NCBI GenBank assembly: GCA_902597375.1
Contig: CACJXH010000001.1
Span: 12,195-76,194 of the forward strand
Reading direction: 5' to 3'
Length of the DNA stretch: 64,000 bases
Source of the DNA: an uncultured Candidatus Actinomarina sp.
Lineage (GTDB): Bacteria; Actinomycetota; Acidimicrobiia; Actinomarinales; Actinomarinaceae
Notes under the pieces: generated by a model
The model's database searches: none
The model's input: only the letters and a program-made list of their open reading frames with translations
Told to the model about the DNA's origin: nothing
Translations under genes and position numbers: made by a program
Shown: positions 53,433-62,586 of the stretch, piece by piece
How the letters are laid out: each line of letters starts with the position of its first letter
Position numbering within the stretch: position 1 is the stretch's first letter

Positions 53433-55294
53433 AACATCGATTTTTGAATAATATTATTTCTAAATTTATCTGAAATAAAATCAAAATTTTCATTTCCATA
53501 AATTAATGAAACTTTCTGTGATATTTCTGCTGCTTCTCTTGATGCCTTTATAAAATCTCCTAACGTAATATTAAATTTGGTAATTGTATATTCGATATTA
53601 TTTGATTTTATATATTCACTAAAAATACTAAACCATGAAACATCTAACTTAGTCTTATTTTTAACATTGTGTTTACTTTCAAGTATGTTGACCGTTTCTT
53701 GAGTAATCAAAAATTTACTCAACAATTTACTTTGCTTTTCGTGAATTGGTATATCATACTTTTGATTTGAAATACCCGAAGATAAAAACATTAGACAAAA
53801 TTCAATATCATCTAGGTTATCCAACAACTCTATCCCAATTAGAAAACTATCACGATAAGTTTCAGTTAGGAGTTTATTTTTTTTTGATTCTGTAAAATAA
53901 CCAAGATCATTCAAAACTGCAATTTTTGCTCTAAAATTTTTTTCTAATGATTGATCATTAATTTTGTTTTGATAAGAATAAAAACTTTTTTTTATCATCT
54001 CTAATCCTTCATGTTCACCATATTTATTTTTAAGATTTAATACAGACCCATATGAATTTGAATATGAAGAAATCAATTTATTTGGCTTTAAATTAAATAA
54101 ATCATTAAACCAATTATTTTCAACCCTCCTGTCGTAATTAATAAAAGCAAAGCCTTTATTATCTATACCTCTTCTTCCTGCTCGGCCAGTTAATTGTAAA
54201 AATTCTGACTTTGAAATCAATCTAGTTCTTATACCGTCATATTTAAAAGATGAGTCAATCATAATTGATTTAGCTGGCATATTTATTCCTAAAGAAAGTG
54301 TCTCAGTAGCAAATAAAATATCAATATATCTATTAATAAATAAATGTTCTACAAATTCTTTGACAATTGGTGCCAGTCCAGCATGGTGAAAACCAATTCT
54401 TCTTGACCACATCCAAAAAAGTTCATCTAAATTTAATAGATTAAATTCTTCACTTGTTAGATCCCCAAACACAGAATCGAATAACACTTTTAAGTCATGG
54501 TTGTCAGTTTTTTTTCCAATTAAGTTTGATGCATGTCTAGCTTTGCTTTCAACCTTATCTCTTGAAAAAAAGAAAAATATCGAAGGTGTTGAATTCTTTA
54601 AAGATATGAATTCTAATTGGTTTGAAAGTGTTGGTTTTTTAAATTTTCTATATTTTTTATCAAATTGAAAAATTCGTTTATTTTTTTTATCTTTTGTTGA
54701 TTTGATTGTTGTTATTTGATCATCATTCTGTGTTGCAGTAACTAATGAAATTTCAAGAGGAACAGGTCTTATTTTTGATTTTATCAAATCGGTTGGACCT
54801 CTTTGTGAAACAATCCAACTTAAAAACTCGTTCTCATTACCTATTGTTGCCGATAAACCAAGAATTTTTATTTTTTTGGGTAAATGAATGATAATTTCTT
54901 CCCAAGTCGCACCCCTTTCCTTGTCTGCCAGATAATGAACTTCATCTAAAATTACTAAACCAATTTCATTTATCCGTTCGTCCTCAGAAAATATCATATT
55001 TCTTAAAATCTCAGTAGTTGCAATTATTAAATTAGCGTTGGGGTTTTCATTTCTATCTCCTGTTAATAAGCCCGTGTCAATTCCTTCATTTTGAAAATCA
55101 TTAAATTTTTGATTAGATAATGCTTTGATTGGCGTCGTATAAATGACTTTTTTTCCATCTTCAATGTATTTTTCAATGCCTTTTTCTGCAATTAATGTTT
55201 TACCAGAACCTGTTGGAGCTGTAACTAAAACATTCAGGCCATCTAATAATGATTTGATTGCTTGTTTTTGAAAATTATCAAGTTCAAATTTCAC
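53429..55294 (-). CDS. helY: ATP-dependent DEAD/DEAH-box helicase, Ski2/HelY-like
   Basis: 621 aa with motif I TAPTGSGKT, motif II DEVH, GLSAT, HHAGL and TETLSLGINMPA, which are Ski2-family features. It is adjacent to tatC as helY is in Mycobacterium. It is shorter than canonical HelY and the C-terminal DSHCT region was not recognised. Confidence 0.75.
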   Translation of the reverse strand: MKFELDNFQKQAIKSLLDGLNVLVTAPTGSGKTLIAEKGIEKYIEDGKKVIYTTPIKALSNQKFNDFQNEGIDTGLLTGDRNENPNANLIIATTEILRNMIFSEDERINEIGLVILDEVHYLADKERGATWEEIIIHLPKKIKILGLSATIGNENEFLSWIVSQRGPTDLIKSKIRPVPLEISLVTATQNDDQITTIKSTKDKKNKRIFQFDKKYRKFKKPTLSNQLEFISLKNSTPSIFFFFSRDKVESKARHASNLIGKKTDNHDLKVLFDSVFGDLTSEEFNLLNLDELFWMWSRRIGFHHAGLAPIVKEFVEHLFINRYIDILFATETLSLGINMPAKSIMIDSSFKYDGIRTRLISKSEFLQLTGRAGRRGIDNKGFAFINYDRRVENNWFNDLFNLKPNKLISSYSNSYGSVLNLKNKYGEHEGLEMIKKSFYSYQNKINDQSLEKNFRAKIAVLNDLGYFTESKKNKLLTETYRDSFLIGIELLDNLDDIEFCLMFLSSGISNQKYDIPIHEKQSKLLSKFLITQETVNILESKHNVKNKTKLDVSWFSIFSEYIKSNNIEYTITKFNITLGDFIKASREAAEISQKVSLIYGNENFDFISDKFRNNIIQKSML

Positions 55295-56016
55295 TTTGAA
55301 CTTTTTTTATGTATAAAAATAGTAATTTCCATGAGTACATACAAAGGTATCGTGAAAACAAACAAACTAACGGGATCACCTGTGGGTGTAACAATTGCAG
55401 AAATTATTAATATGAATATAAATAGTTCAGCTCTGTTTTCTGTAAGTAATTGAATATTTAATATTCTTTTATTTAAAAGAAATAATGTAACAAGAGGAAG
55501 TTGAAAAGTAATTGCAAATAAAAGAGCAACTCTTGTAATGAATTGATAATAATTTTGCGATCTCAGAATGACTTCATTTTCATTAAATGAAAGTAGAAAT
55601 TCAATGCCATATGAACCAAGATTCAATGCCGAGTATATTCCTAAATAGTAAAAAATAGTAAAAAATATATTGTAAAAAATAAAGGATAGCCATGATAAAT
55701 CTACTAATGCGGGTTTTAGAAAAACACCAAGATTTAACAAGGTAAGTGGAAGTAATAAAATTAGTGAAATTAAAAAAACATTTGTAATTTTTACTTGAAA
55801 CCCTTCATAAATAGTTAGTGCAAATATATTTGACTGATCGTATCCAGCATCAATTAATGGTTTATTGAGAATTTCAACAAAGAAGTGATACTCAATATAT
55901 ACATAAATTCCAAATATAAGAATTAATAACAGAGAAAATAAGATTCTAGTATTTAGTTCTTTAAGGTGATCAAAAAAAGGTTTCTTCATTCTTCTTCGTT
56001 CTCTATCCATTCCCAT
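55291..56016 (-). CDS. tatC: Sec-independent protein translocase TatC
   Basis: 241 aa with 6 predicted TMs. The N-terminal FFDHLKELNTRIL matches the TatC (HL.ELR.R) signature. Confidence 0.8.
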   Translation of the reverse strand: MGMDRERRRMKKPFFDHLKELNTRILFSLLLILIFGIYVYIEYHFFVEILNKPLIDAGYDQSNIFALTIYEGFQVKITNVFLISLILLLPLTLLNLGVFLKPALVDLSWLSFIFYNIFFTIFYYLGIYSALNLGSYGIEFLLSFNENEVILRSQNYYQFITRVALLFAITFQLPLVTLFLLNKRILNIQLLTENRAELFIFILIISAIVTPTGDPVSLFVFTIPLYVLMEITIFIHKKSSK

Positions 56017-56162
56017 TTTTGATTTAAGCTAGAATCACCAATTACTTTTCGAGTTGGACCTTCGTTGAAATTCTGAAATGTGTCCATAAGTTTTTTTATA
56101 CGTTTTTTATCAACTATCCCCAAGGAGATAAATAATATAATCAAAAGTTCAGTAAGACTCAT
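55986..56162 (-). CDS. tatA: Probable Sec-independent translocase TatA/E (small ORF absent from the ORF track)
   Basis: 58 aa: MSLTELLIILFISLGIVDKKRIKKLMDTFQNFNEGPTRKVIGDSSLNQKWEWIENEEE. A single N-terminal TM is followed by a basic amphipathic segment and an acidic tail. It sits directly upstream of tatC (36-nt overlap) and is ATGA-coupled to the upstream WYL gene. Confidence 0.45.
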   Translation of the reverse strand: MSLTELLIILFISLGIVDKKRIKKLMDTFQNFNEGPTRKVIGDSSLNQKWEWIENEEE

Positions 56163-57013
56163 AAATTTATCATATCTACTAAATTATTAATTCTTTTGTT
56201 GAATTCAATTTTTAATTTATTTGGTGAAACAATTTGTAGTTCTTGAAAATGCTCAAAGAAAAACTCTAATGCTACATTAAAATCTCTAAATGTGTAAATA
56301 CACAATCCATCTTTAAAAAAGGTATTATCTTTATCTAACTTATTTGAAAAATTTTCGTTTTTGTATTTGAATTTTACTTCTATCGAATTGATTTTTTCTT
56401 TATTACTTGAACTTATGAGATTTAATTCATTAACCTCAATTATTCTATTAATTAAAAAAGTTTTAACTTTGTTATCAATTAAATCAATTGCTTCTAAAAC
56501 ATTTCCATCTTGATTGTTTGAAATGGAAATAGGTTTAATAGAGTATGTTTTAGAATAATCGTAACCGATTTTTAGATATTCTATATTTATATCTGTTAGT
56601 AAATGTATTGAAAGGTTATCTTCAAATTCTATATTTGACTTTTCATCAAAATACATATCAAGGATTTTTAAAAAATTATTGTAATCTTTTTTATTTATGT
56701 TTTGAATATTAAGATTTTGGTTGCTTTTCAATAAATTATAGATTTTAAACAATTCAAAATCGGTTATTGTATTCAATTCTTTAAATGTAGATGAATATTC
56801 AAAAAAAATAACATTTTCAGACGAATCAATCTCAAAATCAATAAAATTTTCACCATTAACTGAATAAACCTCGGACATAATATTAAGCATATAAACAATT
56901 GTTTCAATATCTTTGCCAAGCTTTTTAGTCAAATCATCAATATTCCATTTGTTACTATCTTTTAAAATATTGATGAAAAATGTGAAATCTTGTAGTTGTA
57001 ATTTATTTTTCAT
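56159..57013 (-). CDS. pafC: WYL-domain transcriptional regulator, PafC-like
   Basis: 284 aa with a probable N-terminal wHTH and a WYL-like central region. It is second of a tandem pair immediately upstream of tatA-tatC-helY, exactly the mycobacterial pafB-pafC position. Confidence 0.45.
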   Translation of the reverse strand: MKNKLQLQDFTFFINILKDSNKWNIDDLTKKLGKDIETIVYMLNIMSEVYSVNGENFIDFEIDSSENVIFFEYSSTFKELNTITDFELFKIYNLLKSNQNLNIQNINKKDYNNFLKILDMYFDEKSNIEFEDNLSIHLLTDINIEYLKIGYDYSKTYSIKPISISNNQDGNVLEAIDLIDNKVKTFLINRIIEVNELNLISSSNKEKINSIEVKFKYKNENFSNKLDKDNTFFKDGLCIYTFRDFNVALEFFFEHFQELQIVSPNKLKIEFNKRINNLVDMINL

Positions 57014-57833
57014 CTAAATACTCCAAAAACCTTTTTTTGTCTTTGCTAGTCATTTGTATTATTTTTGCGTCTGTGATCAAAATAAAAACGATTAATTTTT
57101 GAATATCATATGTTGAAATTTCAATATTTATTTTATTTCCATCGTCATTGCTTTTAATTAACGAATGTTTAAAACTATTTTTTTGAACAATATAATGATC
57201 TTTTAATATTGATAATTTAATGAAAATTGGTTGAATACTTTCTTCCCATGAAAAATTAATTGTTTTTAACTCGATATCATGTAGGTCAGGTTTAGTTCCA
57301 AGTTTAAGATCATCTATGTTGTCAATTTTAAATGTCTTAAACTTTGACTGTTCATTTGCTCCTACATACCATTGGTTGTCATATTGTTTTAAACCAAGAG
57401 GATATACTTTTCTTAAAGAACTTTTATATTTGAACGAAACTCTTCTTTTTTCATTTATAGCTTGAGTTATTTTTGATATATTTATATTTCTACTGTTAAA
57501 TTGATAATCTGATTTAAAAAACTGTTTTATCAAGCGATAAGTATTTATAAAATCATCAATATTGATAGCTTCGTTATTTTTTATATCATCAAATATCTGA
57601 GTGCCTGATAATTTATATCCATCATTAATTTTCCATTTATCATTTTCAAAATCCAATAAAAAACCCATGTCCTTTAATAAAGCTTTATCTCTTTCAAATG
57701 ATCTTTTAAAAGCAGATTCACTTAATTCTCTGTATTCAATTACATTGTCTTTAATAAAATTTGTTGTTAAATTTTCATTATTTAAAGAGAATAAAGTTAA
57801 TAATTTAAGACATCTTTTGAACACATTCTTCAT
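57003..57833 (-). CDS. pafB: WYL-domain transcriptional regulator, PafB-like
   Basis: 276 aa with an N-terminal wHTH (RCLKLLTLFSLNNENLTTNFIKDNV...KALLKDMGF) and a WYL motif region (YDNQWYVGANEQSKFKTFKIDNI). Confidence 0.5.
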   Translation of the reverse strand: MKNVFKRCLKLLTLFSLNNENLTTNFIKDNVIEYRELSESAFKRSFERDKALLKDMGFLLDFENDKWKINDGYKLSGTQIFDDIKNNEAINIDDFINTYRLIKQFFKSDYQFNSRNINISKITQAINEKRRVSFKYKSSLRKVYPLGLKQYDNQWYVGANEQSKFKTFKIDNIDDLKLGTKPDLHDIELKTINFSWEESIQPIFIKLSILKDHYIVQKNSFKHSLIKSNDDGNKINIEISTYDIQKLIVFILITDAKIIQMTSKDKKRFLEYLDEK

Positions 57834-57923
57834 AGGTTTTCCTACTCTTATTTTATTTAATTCTGTATATTATTTTTTTACTCTTGTATTTGTATATAGC
57901 AAAATTAATGTATCATTGAATAT

Positions 57924-58172
57924 ATGAAAGTATGGATTGATCAAGACCTATGCACTGGTGATGGCCTTTGTGAAGAAATATGCCCTGACGTTTTTGTTGG
58001 TAAAGATGATGGACTATTTTATGTTAAAGAAGGTGACAAAATTTTCTCAGAGGAAGATGGGAATGTTGGTGGTGCTGAAGGCTTAGCTGTTGTACCAAAA
58101 GGACAAGAAGAAGCTGTTATAGAGTCGGCAGAAGAGTGCCCTGGTGAATGCATAATGATCGAGCCTAGTTAG
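57924..58172 (+). CDS. fdx: Small ferredoxin (single-cluster CxxGxC...CP type)
   Basis: 82 aa with DLCTGDGLCEEICPDVF and a C-terminal EECPGECI. Resembles actinobacterial 3Fe-4S/4Fe-4S ferredoxins. Confidence 0.75.
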   Translation: MKVWIDQDLCTGDGLCEEICPDVFVGKDDGLFYVKEGDKIFSEEDGNVGGAEGLAVVPKGQEEAVIESAEECPGECIMIEPS

Positions 58173-58944
58173 ACAAAAACCTAGCACTTACCACAAATCC
58201 TGTATGACCTACCATTTCATTTTTTGGTCTTACAATTTTTTTATCCACGATCCATTCACGATTTAAAGTTTCCATTATTTTGATGTTTATAAAATTATGT
58301 TCATTGAGTTTGATGACAATTTTCTCTACTTGTGTAATTGATGGCAAATAAGATACCCAATTTAAATTCTTTTCGACTTTATTTTTCATAAAAAACTCCC
58401 AAGGTTCAGGAATATCAGTGATTATAGTGTCTACTTCATCTGCAATATCTTTAAAAGAAAAATTTGATAAATTAGTATTTATATAATTTACTTTTAAGAA
58501 ATTATTATTGTTTTTTGTTGAAGTTAAGAATCGTTCAATTGTTTTTTGTGCTCTCCTTTGATTCCTTTTACTTTCATCTAAGGTAAAAAGTTTGCTTTCT
58601 TTATCTAGAATTAAATTTAAATAAAGTGTTAAAGCTCCGGAACCAGTACCAATTTCTAATATATTAGAATTCTTATTTATGTTTCCAGCGATCAATATTG
58701 ATCCAATATCTTTTGGATATATAATCTGTGGTCCACGTTTCATAAGTAAAATAAACTCTTCGAATGATGGAATATACACATGATATTCATGGTTATTAGA
58801 AGAATTTATAACGGATGGTAACTCTTTTATATCATTAAATTTTATTACACCGTATTGTGTTACAAACTCTTGATCATCTTTTAAAACAGCTAAATGTTTA
58901 TTTTTATTATTTTTAAGAACTACAACAGTGTTATCAAGACTCAC
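58165..58944 (-). CDS. trmI: tRNA (adenine58-N1)-methyltransferase TrmI-like (SAM-dependent MTase); GTG start
   Basis: 259 aa with SAM motif I ILEIGTGSGALTLYL and a Gcd14/TrmI-like N-terminal beta domain. trmI flanks the pup/proteasome locus in Mycobacterium. The start codon at 58944 is GTG. Confidence 0.55.
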   Translation of the reverse strand: MSLDNTVVVLKNNKNKHLAVLKDDQEFVTQYGVIKFNDIKELPSVINSSNNHEYHVYIPSFEEFILLMKRGPQIIYPKDIGSILIAGNINKNSNILEIGTGSGALTLYLNLILDKESKLFTLDESKRNQRRAQKTIERFLTSTKNNNNFLKVNYINTNLSNFSFKDIADEVDTIITDIPEPWEFFMKNKVEKNLNWVSYLPSITQVEKIVIKLNEHNFINIKIMETLNREWIVDKKIVRPKNEMVGHTGFVVSARFLSN

Positions 58945-59185
58945 TTAGTATCAAAGTAAGAGTAAAAAATAAGCAATTGTTGAGAGTACAACTCCAGCAG
59001 ATATTGCAACAGCAACAAATTTCTGTAATGACTTATTCATTTTCTAAATTTCATTTTTTTTCTAAATTTTTTATATTTTTCTAAAAGTCTTCCAAGAATT
59101 ATACCGTAAATTAGAAAACTGATAAGTTTAGAGTTTTCAGTGTTGATATTGTTTTTTAAATCATTGTAATTGTCTTTAAACTCGT

Positions 59186-59479
59186 TCATTTTAAGAGTCT
59201 CCAAATTATGAAACTAAATGCCAATATGCATAGAAAAGACATTGAGAAATATACCATAGCTTGAATAAAGTAATTTCCATTGAAGACCTGTGTAAGAACG
59301 CTTGAAATACCAAAAATAATAAAAAAAGTAGCAATAGCAAAATAATTACCAGCTTTAAAATTTTTTCTTAAAGACTTAATTGAGTCTTCAACTTCATCAT
59401 ATGTTTCTTCTTTAGCATGTTTAATTAGTGAATCAGCTGTTTTGATTGCGTTTGTTGATAAATTTAAAAAACTATTCAC
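59186..59479 (-). CDS. Small membrane protein (2 TM) of unknown function
   Basis: 97 aa with an N-terminal amphipathic/acidic segment then two hydrophobic helices. Its start overlaps the AI-2E gene stop by 8 nt. Confidence 0.35.
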   Translation of the reverse strand: MNSFLNLSTNAIKTADSLIKHAKEETYDEVEDSIKSLRKNFKAGNYFAIATFFIIFGISSVLTQVFNGNYFIQAMVYFSMSFLCILAFSFIIWRLLK

Positions 59480-60509
59480 TATTATCTCTATTTAACAAAA
59501 TTATTTCTATTATTCCTTGAATTGTGGCTGCTATAGGTAAAGCTAATACAGCACCAATTACTCCTGCGGTATATGCTCCAAATATAGTAGCAAATACTGC
59601 TACTGCTGGATGGATATCCATTGTGACTTTTGTAACTCTTGGACTAATGAAATAATTCTCAATAAATTGATACGCAACTAAGACAACCAACGTATAAAGT
59701 ATATAAGTTGGTCCTAATGATATAGATGCTAGAACAGGAACAATACCTCCTAAAAATGTGCCAACGGCAGGAACAAGTTGTGATAATAATCCTGCAGAAA
59801 TTCCTAAGGCAAATGGTGAGGGTAATCCAATAATTAAAAAAGAGATTGTGAAGGCAATGCTTGCAAGTATTCCAAGAATTACTCTAGCCGCTATCCATGC
59901 TCCAGCTTTTGATACTCCAATTGTCCAGACTTGATCAATAGTTTTAGATATATTTCCTGGAAGAGCATCTTTAAGCCGAATTCTCCATCCATCACCTTCT
60001 GCAATTAGATAAAATGAAAAAAAGAATATAACAAAAAAATGAAACATTGCATTCAATATTCCTCTTCCAGCAAAAACAACCGTGTTTCCGACAGCACTAC
60101 CATATTCTCTGAATAAATTATTAAATTCTTCCTCGAGATTCAATGACTGATTGGATATTGAAAATCCCTCACTATTAAAATATTTCACGATATTGTCAAA
60201 ATATTCAGGCATGTTTGAGGACAAAAGATATAATTCTTGAACCATTATTGGAATAATTGAAAATATTATTCCTCCGATTACCAAAATAATTGTTCCAACA
60301 GTAATAATAGTTGAGAGTCTTCTATTAAACCTTTTTGATAATCTATAAACTATTGGTTCAGCGAGCACTGATAAAACTACTGCTACAAACAAATCGAAAA
60401 GTAACGCTCTTACTCTAAGAAATATAAAAAATGAAAACCCTATTAAAACTATATACAAGAAAGCTCTATTTAAAAGCGCCTGTCGAGTTTCACCTTTAAA
60501 ATTATCCAC
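59472..60509 (-). CDS. AI-2E family transporter (PerM/TqsA/YdiK-like, UPF0118)
   Basis: 345 aa with about 8 TMs and a typical AI-2E N-terminal pattern (LLNRAFLYIVLIGFSFFIFLRV...VLAEPIVYRL). Confidence 0.65.
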   Translation of the reverse strand: MDNFKGETRQALLNRAFLYIVLIGFSFFIFLRVRALLFDLFVAVVLSVLAEPIVYRLSKRFNRRLSTIITVGTIILVIGGIIFSIIPIMVQELYLLSSNMPEYFDNIVKYFNSEGFSISNQSLNLEEEFNNLFREYGSAVGNTVVFAGRGILNAMFHFFVIFFFSFYLIAEGDGWRIRLKDALPGNISKTIDQVWTIGVSKAGAWIAARVILGILASIAFTISFLIIGLPSPFALGISAGLLSQLVPAVGTFLGGIVPVLASISLGPTYILYTLVVLVAYQFIENYFISPRVTKVTMDIHPAVAVFATIFGAYTAGVIGAVLALPIAATIQGIIEIILLNRDNSE

Positions 60510-60514
60510 GATAT

Positions 60515-62074
60515 TTAGACCGAATTAACCGTTTTATAGTTACGATTTATAAACGCAATATACATAAAGAATATTATTAGTCCACTAGAAAAATAAAGAT
60601 CAAACTCTGAAATCTCATCAAACATTAGGTTTCTTGTAATGAGAATAAGAGCTTGAAGTGCAGCTGAGATAAGTAATATTCTAAACTTTAAATCTACTCT
60701 TCGTATTGTAAGATTTAATAGCAACAATCCTGTTCCTAATTTAATTAAAGCCTCAAATGTATTACTCGAAATAAAATATAGCTCTCTTAATGTGAAGAAA
60801 CCAGACAACCCAATACCACCAAGAGTTATTTGAAATATTCCAATTAAAACCAATAGTGATGATATCCATGCCAAAGAAAAATTACTGAACGACAACTTAG
60901 CTTTAATTGGTGTTGGCCATGGTTGTAGGGGGTTTACTCTACTAATAATATTTGATGATAGTTTAAAGACTGAACGTTCGTAGTCTCCAAACAAAACTGC
61001 AAATAATAAAAGTACAAATACGTACAAAAATGTTTCAATGTTGAATATATACATAAAGAATAAAATAAAAATATGCCAAAGAAATAAAGTAAAAATATTG
61101 GCATGAATATATGAAAATATATTCCATAAAACTTTGTTCTTTAATGCTTCCTCAATTGGTTTTCTTAAAGTTAAAAATACAGAAGATAAACCCAAAGAGG
61201 CTATTAAGTAATAAAGTGTTGGAGGATCTTCATTAGAAGTAAGGATTAATCTATAACTTGATAACGATAGAAATTCATCAGAAGAATTACTTTTATAAAA
61301 CAAATATCCAAAACTTAACAAAGATAATGAAATAAAAAATGAAATTTTAAATGAGAATATTTTTCCATCTGCGAAAAAATATCCTAGTTGATGAATTGCC
61401 AACCAAAACAAAAGGTAATTTATTAGTCTAAGGTAACTGAAAGCAAGTGGAAACTCAAAAGTATCAATGGCTACTGTTGAGAGAACAAAAGCAGCTAATG
61501 TAAAATACGGATTCGTTTTATGAAGAAATAATGTAAAGGGACTAAAAATTACGACTACTAGATATATAGACACTAACCATAATGGCCACATTATAAACTC
61601 AGTCAATGGAACAACCCCATCATCTTGGCTTGTAAAATACAGGGGTACATTTGTTGTTCTTGTATATATATTGAGCGATATGGTGATAACAAAAATCCAT
61701 ACTATCACAGGTCCTAAAAGCGCGTTTACTCTGTCAGTTAAAAATTTCCATTGACTACCATCACGTCCAACATTCGAATACCATGCAATTTTATTTGTAA
61801 AACCTACAGAAAAGAAAAACAATGCCATTCCAACTGTGAACCATGTATATGAGGTCTTTAATGAATCATCAAATGAAAGATTATATATTAGATATTCTCC
61901 AAAGGAATCATTAAACCTTATAAGATAAGTTGTATTGAAAATAACCATCAAAAGACCTACAACTTTTAGAAAATCTATGAATCGCTCTCTAGACATAGAA
62001 GTATTTTCTATTTCTTTTTTGATAGTTTTAAAACTCTTAAAACCTGGCAAAAATAATTTAATTATTTTGATCAC
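60515..62074 (-). CDS. Large polytopic membrane protein, possibly acyltransferase-3 (OafA/YrhL)-like
   Basis: 519 aa with at least 10 hydrophobic helices. The N-terminal RERFIDFLKVVGLLMVIFNTTY loosely resembles the acyltransferase_3 opening motif (R..DGLRGIAAL.VV..H). Weak. Confidence 0.35.
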   Translation of the reverse strand: MIKIIKLFLPGFKSFKTIKKEIENTSMSRERFIDFLKVVGLLMVIFNTTYLIRFNDSFGEYLIYNLSFDDSLKTSYTWFTVGMALFFFSVGFTNKIAWYSNVGRDGSQWKFLTDRVNALLGPVIVWIFVITISLNIYTRTTNVPLYFTSQDDGVVPLTEFIMWPLWLVSIYLVVVIFSPFTLFLHKTNPYFTLAAFVLSTVAIDTFEFPLAFSYLRLINYLLFWLAIHQLGYFFADGKIFSFKISFFISLSLLSFGYLFYKSNSSDEFLSLSSYRLILTSNEDPPTLYYLIASLGLSSVFLTLRKPIEEALKNKVLWNIFSYIHANIFTLFLWHIFILFFMYIFNIETFLYVFVLLLFAVLFGDYERSVFKLSSNIISRVNPLQPWPTPIKAKLSFSNFSLAWISSLLVLIGIFQITLGGIGLSGFFTLRELYFISSNTFEALIKLGTGLLLLNLTIRRVDLKFRILLISAALQALILITRNLMFDEISEFDLYFSSGLIIFFMYIAFINRNYKTVNSV

Positions 62075-62125
62075 ATTAAATATTTTACCGTTCTTATGAA
62101 CGTTGAATAGGAATATAATATTTAT

Positions 62126-62572
62126 GTGGAAATTGTTTTATATAAACCTGAAATTGCTGGAAATGTAGGTGCATGTATAAGACTTTCAGCAAATACTGGT
62201 TTAGCCTTGAATCTCATAAAACCATTTGGTTTTAGTTTTCAAGAAAACAAAATCAGACGAGCTGGGTTGGATTATCACGATCTTGCCTCGGTCAGTGTTT
62301 TTGAGAATTGGAATAACTTTTATAGCGAAAATAAAGATAAAAAAATATGTTTTTTATCAGTAAAAGGTAGTCAAAACATTTGGGATACTAATTTAAATGA
62401 ATACGATTATATGATTTTTGGACCAGAGTCAGTTGGTCTGCCTGATGATATTCTTGCATTAGAATATGAGACACTATCAATTCCAATGAATCATAACTCT
62501 AGAAGTATTAATCTTGCAAATGCTGTTTCAATAGTAAGCTATGAGTTTCTCAGACAAAATTATAAAAATTAA
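62126..62572 (+). CDS. trmL: tRNA (cytidine/uridine-2'-O-)-methyltransferase TrmL (SpoU family)
   Basis: 148 aa. N-terminal LYKPEIAGNVGACIRLSANTG and C-terminal SLNLANAVSIVSYE are SPOUT/TrmL hallmarks. Confidence 0.75.
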   Translation: MEIVLYKPEIAGNVGACIRLSANTGLALNLIKPFGFSFQENKIRRAGLDYHDLASVSVFENWNNFYSENKDKKICFLSVKGSQNIWDTNLNEYDYMIFGPESVGLPDDILALEYETLSIPMNHNSRSINLANAVSIVSYEFLRQNYKN

Positions 62573-62586
62573 CGTAAAATTACCTT

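Noticed and set aside
57601-57927. 108-aa plus-strand ORF
   Set aside because: It is antisense to the pafB-like gene and is a low-complexity Leu/Phe/Asn translation.
59041-59090. Possible CRISPR-like direct repeats
   Set aside because: There are only three 9-bp AT-rich repeats with about 10-bp spacers and no cas genes. They are far too short for CRISPR and were treated as a putative regulatory array instead.
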